This document shows, one piece after another, positions 28,057 through 41,657 of a stretch of DNA of 64,000 bases. Location of the stretch: the NCBI GenBank assembly GCA_043228905.1, contig JBHGNT010000022.1, positions 3,100,001 through 3,164,000 on the forward strand, given 5' to 3'. Under the pieces are notes generated by a model that saw only the letters and a list, made by a program, of their open reading frames with translations, searched no databases and was not told where the DNA came from. Made by a program: the position numbers and the translations under genes. The stretch is from Azolla caroliniana. Taxonomy: Eukaryota; Plantae; Polypodiophyta. The stretch's first letter is position 1, and every line of letters starts with the position of its first letter.

Positions 28057-28397
28057 ACGCAGAGATGGAGATGGAGATGGAGAAACAGAGAAAGAGAGCA
28101 GACAACAGAAAAACTCAAAATCAAAATAGTGACTTTCTGTGTACATACACTGTGCTCAGTGAGCACCTTTTATACAAGCCCTGACAATCGGGCTGACACA
28201 AGTGCTGACAGTACTTGACGCTCATAAATGAGCGGCTACACTCACTCCCAAAATTATTACTTTCGAGGAATATCTTTCTAACGGCCTCGCGGTGTTGGCA
28301 CCGTTACGGCTTACATTATGCGTAATGTTTCACACCCAATCTACGCATTGGGTTACACACCGTGTTACACACCCAACGTTGAGCTTGTCACTCAACA

Positions 28398-31300
28398 TAC
28401 TCTCATCATCGATGTAACATGAACATGTTTCGTTTTGATGACGAGTTGATTAGGCAATAGGATAAGTGGTTGAGGTGGCCGAGGTGATCTAAGGCGCTAG
28501 ATTAAGGTTCTAGTCCAAAAGGGCGTGGGTTCATATCCCACTCTCATCATCTATGTAAAATGAACATGCTTTGTTTTGGGGACGACTTGATTACGCAATA
28601 CGATAATTGGATGAGGTGGTCGAGTTAGTCTAAGGCGGTGGATTAAGGTTCTAGTCCGAAAGGGCGTGAGTTCAAATCCCACTCTCATCATCGATGTAAA
28701 ATGAACATGCTTTGTTTTTGGGACGACTTGATTACGCAACACGATAAGTGGTTGAGTTGGTCTAAGGCGCTAGATTAAGGTTCTGGGTTGGGTTCAAATC
28801 CCACATTCATCATCGATGTAAAATGAACATGCTTCGTTTTAGCAACGAGTTGATTAGGCGACACGAGAAGTGGATGAGGTTGTCTAAGGAGCTAGATTAA
28901 GGTTCTAGTACGAAAGGGCATGGGTTCAAATGCCATTGTCATCATCAATGTAAAATGAACATGCTTCGTTTTGGGGACGACTTGATTACGCAACACGATA
29001 AGTGGATGAGGTGGCCGAGTTGGTCTAAGGCGCTAGATTAAGGTTCTAGCCCAAAAGGGCGTGGGTTCAAATCCCACTCTCATCATCGATTGAAAATGAA
29101 CATGCTTCATTTTGGGGATGACTTGATTACGCAACTCAATAAGTGGATGAGGTGGCCGAATTGTTCTAAGGTGCTAGATTAAGGTTCTAGTCCGAAAGGG
29201 CATGGTTTCAAATCCCACTCTCATCATCGATGTAAAATGAATATACTTGTTTTGCTGATGAGTTGATTAGGCAATAGGATTAGTGGTGGAGGTGGCAGAG
29301 GTGGTGTAAGGTGCTAGATTAAGGTTAAGGACTGGGTTTATTAGGTAACACGATACGCGGATGAGGTTCTACTGCAAGGCGCTATATTAAGGTTCTAGTC
29401 CAAAAGGGTGTGGGTTCAAATACCATTCTCATCATCCATGTAAAAAGAACATTTTCAATTTGGCAACGAGTTGATTATTATAGGCAACACAGTATGTGGA
29501 TTAGGTGCCCGAGTTGGTCTAAGGTGCTAGATTAAGGTTCTAGTTCGAAATTGCGTGGGTTCAAATCCTACTATTTTTATCGATGTAAAATTAACATGGT
29601 TCGTTTTGGCGAGGAGTTGGTCTAAAGCGCTAGATTCAGGTTCTAGTTCAAAAGGGTGTGGGCTCAAATCCCACCGTCATCATCGATGTAAAACGATCAT
29701 GTTTCGTTTTGGCGACTAGTTAATTAGGCAACACCATAACAGGATGAGGTGGCTGAGTTGGTCTAAAGCGCTAGATTCAGGTTCTAGTAAGAAAGGCCGT
29801 GGGTCCAAATCGCACTGTCATCATCGATGTAAAATGAGCATGTTTCGTTTTGACGACCAATTGACTAGGCAACCCGATAAGTAGATAAGGTGCCCGAGTT
29901 GGTGTAAACCGCTAGATTCAGGTTCTAGTTTGAAAGGGCGTAGGTTCAAAACCCACATTCATTATCGTTGTAAAATGAGCATGTTTCGTTTTAGCGACGA
30001 TTTGATTAGGGAACACGATAAGTGGATGAGGTGGCCGAATTGGTCGAAGGCGCTAGATTAATGTTCTAGTCCAAAAGGGCATGGCTTCAAATCCCACTCT
30101 CATAATCGATGTAAAATGAACAAGCTTTGTTTTGCCGTCGCGTTGATTAAGCACCAAGATAAGTGGATGAGGTGGCCCAGTTGGTATAATGTGCTAGATT
30201 AAGGTTCAGGGTTGGGTTCAAATCTTACTCTGATCATCGATGTAAAATGAACATGCTTCGTTTTGGCGACGAGTTGATTAGACAACATGAGAAGTGGATG
30301 AGGTTGTCTAAGGCACTAGATTAAGGTTCTAGTCCGAAAGGGCGTGGATTCAAATACCACTCTTATTATCGATGTAAAATGAACAAGCTTTGTTTTGGTG
30401 ACGAGTTGATTACGCAACACGATAAGTGGATGAGGTGGCCGAGTTGGGCTAATGTGCTAGATTAAGGTTCTAGTCCGAAAGGGCATGGGTTCAAATCGCA
30501 CTGTCATTATCAATGTAAAATGAGCAAGATTTGTTTTGGCGATAGGTTGATTAGGCAACACGATAAGTGGATGAGGTGACCGAGTTGGTCTAAGGAGCTA
30601 GATTAAGGTTCAGGGCTGGGTTCAAATCCCACTCTGATCATCGATGTAAAATGAACATGCTTCGTTTTCGCGACGAGTTGATTAGGCAAGACATGAAGTG
30701 GATGAGGTTGTCTAAGGCGCTAGATTAAGGTTCTAGTACGAAAGGGCGTGGCTTCAAATCCCACTGTCATCATCGATGTAAAATGAACATGCTTCATTTT
30801 GGGGATGACTTGATTACGCAACATGATAAGTGGATGAGGTGGCCGAGTTGGTCTAAGGCACTAGATTAAGGTTCTTGTCCGAAAGGGCGTGGGTTAAAAT
30901 CCCACTCTCATCATCGATGTAAAATGAATATGCTTGGTTTGGTGGCGATATGATTAGAGAACATGATAAGCGGATGAGGTGGCCGAGTTGGTCTAAGGCG
31001 CTAGATTAAGGTTCTAGTCTGAAAGGGCGTGGGTTCAAATCGCACTCTCATCATTGATGTAACATGAACATGTTTCATTTTGGTGATGAGTTGATTAGGC
31101 AATAGGCTAAGTGGTTGAGGTGGCTGAGGTGGTCTAATGCGCAAGATTAAGGTTCTAGTCGGAAAGGGCGTGGGTTCAAATTCGACTGTCATTATTGATG
31201 TAAAATGAGCATGTTTCGTTTTGGTGACAAGTTGATTAGGCAACATCATTGATGAGTTGATTAGGCCACATGATAAGTAAATGATGTGGCGGAGTTGGTC

Positions 31301-33145
31301 TAAGGTGCTAGATTAAGGTTCTAGTCCGAAAGGGTGTGGGTTCAAATCCCACTCTCATCATCGATATAAAAATAAACATGTTTCGTTTTGGCGAGGAGTT
31401 GATTAGACAACGGGATAGGTGAACGAGTTGTAAAATGAAGAAGCTTCGTTTTGGCGACGAGTTGTTTAGGTAGCCTTATAAGTGGAGGAGGTGGCGGAGT
31501 TAGTCTAAGGCGCTAGATTAAGGTACTAGTCCAAAAGGGTTGGGTTCAAATCCCACTCTCATCATTGATGTAAGATGAACATGCTTTGTTTTGGCGACGA
31601 GTGTATTAGGCAACACGAGAAGTGGATGAGGTTGTCTAAGGTGCTAGATAAAGGTTCTTCTCCAAGAGGGCATGGGTTCAAATCCCACTGTCATCATCGA
31701 TGTAAAACGAAGATGTTTGGTTTTGGTGATGAGTTGATGAGGCAACACAATAAGTCGATGAGGTGGCCGAGTTGTTCTAAGGTGCTAGATTAACATTCTA
31801 GTACCAAATGGCGTGGGTTCAAATCCCATTGTCATCATCGATGTAAAACGAGCATGTTTCATTTTGGCGACAAGTTGATTAGGCAACACCATAAGTGGAT
31901 GAGGTGGCCGAGTTGTTCTAAGGCGCTAGATTTAGGTTCTAGTCCAAAAGGGCATTTTGAATCCACAATCATCATCGATGTAAAACGAGCATGTTTTGTT
32001 TTGGCGACGAGATGATTAGGCAACACAATATGTGGATGAGGTGGTCGAGTTGGTCGAAGGCGCTACATTAACATTCTAGTCCGAAAAGCCGTGGGTTCAA
32101 ATCCTACTCTCATTATCGATGTAAAATGAACTTAAGGCGCTAGAATCATGTTCTAGTCCGAAAGGGCGATTTGAACCCACAGTCATCATTGATGGAAAAC
32201 GAGCATGGTTTGCTTTGGTGATGAGTTCATTAGGCAACACGATAAGTGGATGAGGTGGCCAAGTTGGTCGAAGGCACTAGATTAAGGTTCTAGTCCGAAT
32301 GGGCGGGGGTTCAAATCCAACTCTCATTATCGATGAAAAATGAGCAAGCTTTGTTTTGGTGACGAGTTGATTAGACAATAGGATAGGTGGATGAGGTCGC
32401 GGGGTTGGTCTAAGGCAATAGATTAAGGTTCTAGTTCGAAAGGGAGTGGGTTCAAATCCACTCTCATTATCAATGTAAAATGAACATGTTTCGTTTTAGT
32501 AAGGAGTTGATTAGACAACAGGATAAGTGGTCGAGGTGGTCTAATGTGGTAGATTAAAGTTCTAGTCTGAAAGGGCCTGGGTTCAAATCCCACTCTTATC
32601 ATCGATGTAAAATGAACATGTGTCACTTTTGTGACGCGTTGGTTAGTCAACACGATAAGTGGATGAGGTAGCCGAGTTGGTCAAAGATGGTAGATTTAGA
32701 TTATAGTCAAAGATGGTAGATTTAGATTATAGTCAGAAGGGCGTGGGTTCAAATCCCACTCTCATCATGAATGTAAAAAGAGCATGTTTCGTTTTGGTGA
32801 TGAGTTGATTAGGCAAGACATGAAGTGGATGAGGTTGCCGAGGTGGCCTAGGACACTAGATTAAGTTTCTACTACGAAAGGGCGTGGGTTCATATCCCAT
32901 TCTCATCATCGATGTAAAATGAACATGCTTCGTTTTGGCGACAGGTTGATTAGGGAACACGATAAGTGGATGAGGTGGCCGAGTTGGTCTAAGATTAGAA
33001 CCTCGATTAAGGTTCTACTCCGAAAAAGCGTGGGTTCAAATCCCACTCTTATCATTGGTGTAAAATGAACATGCTTCGTTTGGGTTGATTAGACAATACG
33101 ATAGGTGGATGAGGTGGCCGAGGTTGTCAAAGGCGATAGATTAAG
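28398..33145 (+). repeat. Tandem tRNA-Leu(AAG) array, left part (about 36 mostly degenerate units)
   Basis: About 140-bp unit: 81-nt tRNA plus spacer tcgatgtaaaatgaacatgcttcgttttggcgacgagttgattaggcaacacgataagtg. Confidence 0.95.
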
Positions 33146-36100
33146 TGTTGAGAGACAAGCTCAACATCGGCCGGATCGGTTGAAGAAGCCAAGGACCGGA
33201 TCGGTTGGGACCGATCGGTTAGGCCGAATGCGTAAACCGGTACGCAGACCGGTGCGTAGGTAGGGCCGGATCGGTGCGTAAACCGGGAGGCCGTTAGGAA
33301 AGATATTCCATGAGGAATATATTTGGGAGTTAGTGTAGAAGCTCTTAATGAGCATTGAAGTACTGTCAGTACTTCTGTCAGTCCTTCTAGAACTTGTATA
33401 AAAGTGTTCATTGAACACACATATGTATAGAGTGGTGAATAGAGATTGAGTTTGTTTTTCTTGAATATAGTTCGTGTGTTTTCTCTCTCTCTCTCTCACT
33501 CTCTCTGTCTCTCCCGCGTATACTGCGTAAGCTCAAGCTCTCCATTAAACTTGAGTTTTCTTCCTTCTGTTCGGTCTTCATACTTGCTTCCGCACGCTAC
33601 TTTTTACATGGTATCAGAGCGCGAGGGTTGAGAACCTCTCTGCAACCGACACAGCTTGACGAAGAAGAACAAGAAGAACGATGGATAGAGGCATGGCGAG
33701 CTCGCTTCCAACAGAGAAGCTCGACAGAACCAACTACGCGTCTTGGTCCTACAAGATGCACCAGTACCTGCTCGGGCACGGCTACTGGAGTTATGTCGAA
33801 GGAGCTAATGACGTGGCACCCGAATCGACACACAGAGACTTTCCATCGTGGGAGCAATCGGCGAGCAGGGTATTATACTGCTTCGTGTCGTGTGTGGGCG
33901 AACAACTATTGAGCTATGTTCGGGATGCAAAGACGCCGAAGGGTGCGTGGGAAAATCTGAAGAAGATTTTCGCCGCGAGCACCACAACCAGGAAGCTTCA
34001 GCTCCGACAGAGTTGAGAAACCTACGACAACGCGACTTGTCGGTGGCAGACTATACCTCGAAGATCAAGGATATCTGCGACTCCCTCGCCTCCATAGAGG
34101 TGAACATCGAGGAGGGCGAGATGGTCCAGATCTGTCTCGGAGGTTTGGCGTCAAAGTTCGGAGCGTTCCGAATGGCTGTGTGTACCCGGGAGAATACGCC
34201 GTCCTTTTTCGACTTACAGTCAATGCTCCTGGTAGAGGAGAACCACACGGGTGCGTCTACAAGCCCACACACCGACAACAGAATGTTTTACATGGAGGGA
34301 GATAGGCCCCGTGGACGTGGAGGACGAGGCGAGTCGGCGCGCAATGGAGGCGGCCGACGAGATTAAGGAAGAAGGCACCGAAGTGATGCCGATAGCAACT
34401 CCGGACCCTTCGGAAACAGGGGGAGTCGAAGCGATGAGAACCGGCAAGGGAAGGTCATCGCGGAGTGCTGGTACTGTGGCAAGAAAGGCCACAGGGTAAG
34501 TGAGTGCTCGAAGAAGCGCGCCGATTTGGAGAGAACTGGTTCCGGAAACGGCTCCGGACATACCGACAAGGGAAATCGGCAGCGATCACACTACGCCGAA
34601 GACTCCGGGAGAGCCAGAGAAGGGTCTGCCTTCATGAAGAGACACGAAGCAAACTCAATGAAACAGACCACCCCGAGATCGGACGAGGTGTAGTACGTAG
34701 ACTCCGGAGCGTCAAACCACATGACGAGCCATAAGGAGTAGTTCTCGTACCTTGAAAAACCGATACAACCTGGAGTAGTCGCAACTGGAGACGACACTCC
34801 GCATCCGATCGCGAATGTCGGAGAAGTTCCCCTTAGCCATGTTGGGCAGAAAGGGAAACTCATGAACGTGCTGCACGTTCCGACAATCACGAAGAACTTG
34901 GTCTCGGTCGGACAAATCGTCGACCAAGGGATGGAGGTTCGGTTTACACACCTCGGGTGCTTCATTGAGGAAGAAGGCCGTGTGATTGCGCAAGGGCGCA
35001 GAGACGGGAGGATGTTCATCCTTGACTCCACTGACGGCGGCACCGCAATGTTCGCGAAGGGACAAAAATCTGAGTCGGACATCGACTTGTGGCACAAGCG
35101 GATAGGCCACGTCAACTACCAGCGGCTTCAAGATCCGCAATCGAAACATGTAGTTTTCGGATTGCCCAAATTTAGTGGTCGAAAGGCACAAATTTGTGAA
35201 GCATGCCAGTGCGGGAAGCAACACCGACTTCCTTTCCCAAACGAGTGAAACCAGAGCCGGAACAAGCTCGACCTTATACACTCCGATGTATGGGGGCCGA
35301 CACAAAACGTTAGTCTTGGCGGGAGCCGATATTTCGTCTCCTTCATCGATGACCACACGCGGCACACGTGGATCTACCTCATTGAGAGGAAGAGCGAAGT
35401 CTTCGACTGTTTCCGGGACCTCAAAGGGTTCGTGGAAACGGAAACGGGACGAAAGATCAAGTGCCTGCGGTCGGATGGCGGGAAAGAGTACTTTTCCGGT
35501 CAATTCAACAGTTATCTACAACAAATGGGAATTCGGCGCGAATTCAATTGTAGATACACGCCGGAGCAGAACGGCGTGGCCGAGAGGAAGAATCGGTCAG
35601 TTGTGGAAGCGGCACGGGCAATGCTGGAGGAGAAGAGCTTGCCCAAGTTCTACTGGGTCGAGGCGGTAAGGACTGCGGTATACATCCAGAACCGGATCGG
35701 AGACAAAGTGTCGGCGCACGAGCTATATTTCGGAACAAAACCGAACTTGCGACACTTGAGGGTGTTCGGTAGCATTGCATATGTGCATGTACTGAAGGAG
35801 AAGAGGAGGAAGCTGGACGCAAAGGCCGAGAAATGCATTTTGGTCGGCTACTCGGACGAGCAGAAGGGTTATAAGTGCTATAACCCTCGCACCAAACAAG
35901 CGCGTGTTAGCCGCGACGTTGTGTTTGACGAGTCCGCGTACTGGTACCAGCCCCCAACTCCGAACCCCGACTCCAATCCGAGCTCTGACGATGAGGTCAG
36001 CGAGGCCGAGATACCTCTGGATGAGTCCGAAATCGTGACCCGTGAAGAGAGTCCGATTTCACTCCGTTTAAGTGGATCGATTGGACGACTGAGTTGGTAC

Positions 36101-38868
36101 GACCAGTCCGAGGAAGAGCTAGGGAGTAGTGGAGACTCGGCCGTGCATTCCCCGCGCAATAAGCCGAGGAGACGGCTTACGCGCAAAGAGAAAGGGAAGA
36201 AGAAGGTGTCGGTTCCCGGCACGGATAGGAACGAGTCAGACCGACGCGAGTCCGACTCCGAGGGAACCGGTGACGAGTCTTTAAAGGTGAAGTCCGCGTT
36301 GACCGAGAAGGCCTCGACATCGGCTGATGTGAGATTACGCCGATCTACCCGCCAGAAGAATCCTGTTTTACGGTTCGGATACAACGAGTACATGGCGCAT
36401 CATTATGCGTACATGACTCGTGTAGAGGAAGTGCGTGAGCCGGAGAGCTACGCAGAAGCGGCTAAAGACGCGAATTGGCGTGCCGCGATGGAGGAAGAGA
36501 TGCACGCATTGGCGGAGAACGAGACCTGGGACCTGGTTGACGCACCAACAGGGGTAAATCCGATCAGGTGTAGGTGGGTGTACAAGGTCAAGTACAACAT
36601 CAATGGCTCGGTCAACCGGTACAAGGCTCGGCTAGTGGCAAAGGGCTACGCGTAGAAACACGGCATCGACTACGATGAGATGTTTGCGCCGGTCGCGAAA
36701 ATGACGACCGTCCGTGTTTTGCTCACAGTAGCTGCGGTGAAGGGGTGGCACTTACATCAGATGGATGTAAAGAATGCGTTCCTACAAGGTGACCTTGAGG
36801 AACAGGTGTACATGGTACAGCCCCCCGGATTTCACTCTGGAACGAACTCCCCCGGATTTCACTCTGGAACGAACTCCTCGGCAGTATGCCGACTGAAGAA
36901 GTCCCTTTACGGACTGAAGCAAGCCCCGCGTGCCTGGAACGCGAAGATCACGCAACAACTGCGTCAGATGGGCTTCGTCACGTCAAAATCAGACTCTTCC
37001 CTGTTCATCTGGAAAGGTGGACTCGGACCGGTTAGTATTTTACTATATGTTGATGACTTGGTCATCACCGGCGCCGACCTAGGTGAAATCGATCGCGTGA
37101 AGCTCCAACTTGCGGCATCGTTCGACATGAAGGATCTGGGGAACCTTCATTACTTCCTCGGGATCGAAGTGATCCGTACCCCTGAAGGCATATTGATCAG
37201 CCAACGTCATTACGTGCTGAGTATGCTCTTCAAATTCGGGATGGCCGACTGTAAGTCCGTCTCGACTCCTCTAGACAGAACCGTCAAGCTTCGTCCTGAT
37301 ACGTGAAAGGTATGCGACCCGACGAGGTTCCGACAAATTGTCGGAAGCCTCATATACTTGACCATCACCTGACCCGACCTCAGTTATCCGGTTGGAGTGA
37401 TCAGTCAGTTCATGGCACGACCTTCCGACGAGCACCTTCAGTGTGCGCAATGCATACTTTGGTATGTCAACGACACTAAGGACCGGGGACTGCTATATCG
37501 GACTGGTGCAGCCATGCAGTTAGTCGGCTACACCGATGCTGATTGGGCTGGGAACGCCACTGATTGCCGATCCACGTCCGGATACGCCTTCTCCCTCGTG
37601 AGTGCCGCGATTGCGTGGAGCAGTAAGAAGCAGCCGATAGTTACACTGTCGAGCATCAAAGCTGAGTACCGAGGAGCGGCTGTCACGACATGTGAAGCCA
37701 TATGGTTGAAGCGGCTACTTAAGGACCTGCAAGGGGAGGTGTCAGATCCGACGACGATCTACTGCGACAACCTCAGCAGCATCCAGCTCGCAAAAAACCT
37801 CATTTTTCACGCACGGACCAAGCACATTGAGGTGCACTACCATTTCGTCCGTGAGCGTCTCCTTTCCGGTGAAGTCGAACTTCAGTACGTTTCGATAGAT
37901 TGGCAGACTGCCGACATCTTCACCAAGCCTCTTGGTCTGGACAAGTTGTGGCAATTCTCAGGTGCGCTTGGATTGCGTCACCTAGACGTGCCAAACTTGA
38001 GGGGGAGAACAGTCCCGAACGACCAAGCAAGGCAGCAAGAAAGGAGTGGAGACCGCGACACCGAGTTGGTTGACTCGGTTGTCAAGTTTGACTTCGGATC
38101 GGCTGAAGAAGCCGAGGGCGGACCCGTGGAAAAGTCCGGAAGCGGACAGAAGGGAAACAGCCGAAGGAGAGAGCCAAAGCCAACCACGCATGGGGAAGAT
38201 GACGCCATCGAGGGCGAGAAGACCGAAGACAAGTTGGAGACAGCCAACTCGGACGAGGGCGAAAACCAATCGGAGGTAGCCGAGTCGGTTCAGATGTTTG
38301 ATTCAGATACGCTGAATCAACCAAGGCCCAATCGGAAGAAAAGGCAGCAGGAGAAGCGTCAACACCGCAACAACAGAAGAGTTGATAAGGGCCACATGAG
38401 CAGACAAGCCGACTGAAAGGGTCGAAGCGCGCGGAGTCGAACAGGTCGAGGAGCGCGAGCGAGGCGTGAAGCCAAGAGGAACCAGAGCTGTGAGCCCGAA
38501 GATCCCGAAGAGCCTCAAGTTGAGCTTGAGGGGGAGTGTTGAGAGACAAGCTCAACATCGGCCGGATCGGCTGAAGAAGCCGAGGACCGGATCGGTTGGG
38601 ACCGATCGGTTAGGCCGAATGCGTAAACCGGCACGCAAACCAGTGCGTAGGTAGGGTCGGATCAATGCGTAAACCGGGAGGCCGTTAGGAAAGATATTCC
38701 GTGAGGAATATATTTGGGAGTTAGTGTAGAAGCTCTTAATGAGCATTGAAGTACTGTCAGTACTTCTGTCAGTCCTTCTAGGACTTGTATAAAAGTGTTC
38801 ATTGAACACACATATGTATAGAGTGGTGAATAGAGATTGAGTTTGTTTTTGTTGAATATAGTTCTCGT

Positions 38869-38910
<42 letters not shown>

Positions 38911-39003
38911 GCGTATACTGCGTAAGCTCAAGCTCTCCATTAAACCTGAGTTTTCTTCCTTCTATTCGGTCTTCATACTTGCTTCCGCACGCTACTTTTT
39001 ACA
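33146..39003 (+). mobile_element. Full-length Ty1/Copia retrotransposon with stops and frameshifts
   Basis: LTRs 33146-33608 and 38537-39003; TSD TTAAG; PBS-Met at 33609; PPT 38528-38536; gag, DSGAS protease, integrase (RSDGGKEY, QNGVAER), RT (HQMDVKNAFL, YVDD), RNase H (YTDADWAG). Confidence 0.97.
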
Positions 39004-39676
39004 TTAAGCTTCTAGTCTGAAAGGGCATGGGTTGAAATCCCACTCTCATAATTGATGTAAAATGAACAATTGTCGTTCTGGGGACGGTTGATTAGGCAAC
39101 ACGATAAGTGGATGAGGTGGCCGAGTTGGTCTAAGGCGCTAGATTAAGGTTCTAGTCCGAAAGAGCATGGGTTTAAATCCCACTCTCATCATCGATGATA
39201 ATAAGCATGAATCGTTTTAGAGACGAGTTATTAGGCAATACACTATATGCATGAGGTGGCCGAGTTGGTCTAAGGATCTAGATTAAGCTTTTAGTCCGAA
39301 AGGGCATGTGGTCAAATCCAACTCTCATCATCGATGTAAAGTTAACATGCTTTGTTTTGGCGACGAGTTGCTTAGGGAACACGATAAGTGGACGAGGTGG
39401 CCGAGTTGGTCTAAGGTTAGAACCTAGATTAAGGTTCTAGTCCGAAAACGCGTGGGTTCAAATCCCACTCTCATCATCGGTGTAAAATAAACATGATTCG
39501 ATTTGGCGATGGGTTGATTAGCCAACACGACAAGTGGATGAGGCGGTCGAGTTGTTCTAAGCCGCTAGATTAAGGTTCTACTCCAAAAGGGCGTGGGTCC
39601 AAATCGCACTCTCATCATCGATATAAAATGAACAAGCGTTGTTTTGGTAACAGTTGAGTAGGCAACACAATAAGTG

Positions 39677-39757
39677 GATGAGGTGGCCGAGTTGGTCTAA
39701 GGCGCTAGATTAAGGTTCTAGTCCGAAAGGGCGTGGGTTCAAATCCCACTCTCATCA
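39677..39757 (+). tRNA. tRNA-Leu(AAG), consensus-intact copy
   Basis: GATGAGG/TCTCATC acceptor stem, GCC/GGC D stem, CTAGA-TTAAGGT-TCTAG anticodon arm, CCGAAAGG long variable arm, GTGGG-TTCAAAT-CCCAC, discriminator A, T-run downstream. Confidence 0.85.
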
Positions 39758-40242
39758 TCGATGATAATAAGCATGCATCGTTTTGGAGACGAGTTATTAG
39801 GCAATACACTATATGCATGAGGTGGCCGAGTTGGTCTAAGGATCTAGATTAAGCTTTTAGTCTGAAAGGGCATGTGGTCAAATCCAACTCTCATCATCGA
39901 TGTAAAATTAACATGCTTTGTTTTGGAGACGAGTTGCTTAGGGAACACGATAAGTGGACGAGGTGGCCGAGTTGGTCTAAGGTTAGAACCTAGATTAAGG
40001 TTCTAGTCCGAAAACGCATGGGTTCAAATCCCACTCTCATCATCGGTGTAAAATAAACATGATTCGATTTGGCGATGGGTTGATTAGCCAACACGACCAG
40101 TGGATGAGGCGGTCGAGTTGTTCTAAGCCGCTAGATTAAGGTTCTACTCCGAAAGGGCGTGGGTCCAAATCGCACTCTCATCATCGATATAAAATGAACA
40201 AGCGTTGTTTTGGTAACAGTTGAGTAGGCAACACAATAAGTG

Positions 40243-40323
40243 GATGAGGTGGCCGAGTTGGTCTAAGGCGCTAGATTAAGGTTCTAGTCTGAAAGGGCGT
40301 GGGTTCAAATCCCACTCTCATCA
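40243..40323 (+). tRNA. tRNA-Leu(AAG), near-intact copy
   Basis: One C>T in the variable arm (G-U wobble still possible). Confidence 0.7.
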
Positions 40324-41334
40324 GCGATGTAAAATGATCATGCTTTGTTTTTGCGACGGGTTCATTTGGGAACACGATAAGTGGATGAGGAGGCCGAGTT
40401 GGTCTAAGCCGTTAGTTTAGGGTTGAAATGCCACTCTCATCATAGATGTAAAGTGAACATGCTTCGTTTTGGCAACGAGTTGATTAGGCAACACGATAAG
40501 TGGATGAGGTGGCCTACTTGGTTTAAGGTTAAAACCTAGATTAAGGTTCTAGTCCGAAAATGCGTGGGTTCAAATCCCACTCTCATCATCGGTGTAAAAT
40601 GAACATTCTTCGATTTGGCGACGGGTTGATTAGCCAACACGATAAGTGGATGAGGTGGCCAAGTTGTTCTAAGCCACTAGATTAAGGTCCTACTCCGAAA
40701 GGGTGTGGGTCTAAATCGCACTCTCATCATTGATGTAAAATGAGCAAGCATCGTTTTGGTAATGGTTGATTAGGCAACACAATAAGTGGATGAGGTGGCC
40801 GAGTTGGTCTAAGACGCTAGATTAAGGTTCTAGTCCGAAAGGGCGTGGGTTCAAATCCCACTCTCATCAGCGATGTAAAATGATCATGCTTTGTTTTTGC
40901 GACGGGTTCATTTGGGAACACGATAAGTGGATGAGGAGGCCGAGTTGGTCTAAGACGTTAGTTTAGGGTTGAAATGCCACTCTCATCATATATGTAAAGT
41001 GAACATGCTTCGTTTTGGCAACGAGTTGATTAGGCAATACGATAAGTGGATGAGGTGGCCTACTTGGTTTAAGGTTAAAACCTAGATTAAGGTTCTAGTC
41101 CGAAAATGCGTGGGTTCAAATCCCACTCTCATCATCGGTGTAAAATGAACATTCTTCGATTTGGCGACGGGTTGATTAGCCAACACGATAAGTGGATGAG
41201 GTGGCCAAGTTGTTCTAAGCCACTAGATTAAGGTCCTACTCCGAAAGGGCGTGGGTCCAAATCGCACTCTCATCATTGATGTAAAATGAGCAAGCGTCGT
41301 TTTGGTAATGATTGATTAGGCAACACGATAAGTG

Positions 41335-41415
41335 GATGAGGTGGTCGAGTTGGTCTAAGGCGCTAGATTAAGGTTCTAGTCCGAAAGGGCGTGGGTTCAA
41401 ATCCCACTCTCATCA
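41335..41415 (+). tRNA. tRNA-Leu(AAG), near-intact copy
   Basis: One C>T in the D stem (U-G wobble). Confidence 0.7.
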
Positions 41416-41576
41416 TCGATGTAAAATGAACATGCTTTGTTTTTTGTGATGGGGGTATTAGGCGCTAGATTAAGGTTCTAGTCAGAAAGGATGTGGGTTG
41501 AAATCCCACTGGCATAATTCATGTAAAATGAACAACCGTCGTTCTGGGGACGGTTGATTAGGAAACACGATAAGTG

Positions 41577-41657
41577 GATGAGGTGGCCGAGTTGGTCTAA
41601 GGCGCTAGATTAAGGTTCTAGTCCGAAAGGGCGTGGGTTCAAATCCCACTCTCATCA
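41577..41657 (+). tRNA. tRNA-Leu(AAG), consensus-intact copy
   Basis: Identical to 39677-39757; followed by a T6 run about 25 nt downstream. Confidence 0.85.

Larger units (their letters stand above)
22446..28397 (-). mobile_element. Truncated Copia: 5' LTR split (28397-28057 plus 22772-22683), PBS-Met, start of gag
   Basis: Reverse LTR start tgttgagtgacaagctcaac; PBS TGGTATCAGAGC at 22682-22671; gag MDKGMGSSLPIEKLNKSNYASW is homologous to the gag at 33681. Confidence 0.88.

Noticed and set aside
28551-32653. Short ORFs in the array
   Set aside because: Chance translations of tRNA repeats.
39758-39800. Dicistronic tRNA-snoRNA in the spacer
   Set aside because: Only about 25 nt before the T-run and no C/D or H/ACA boxes.
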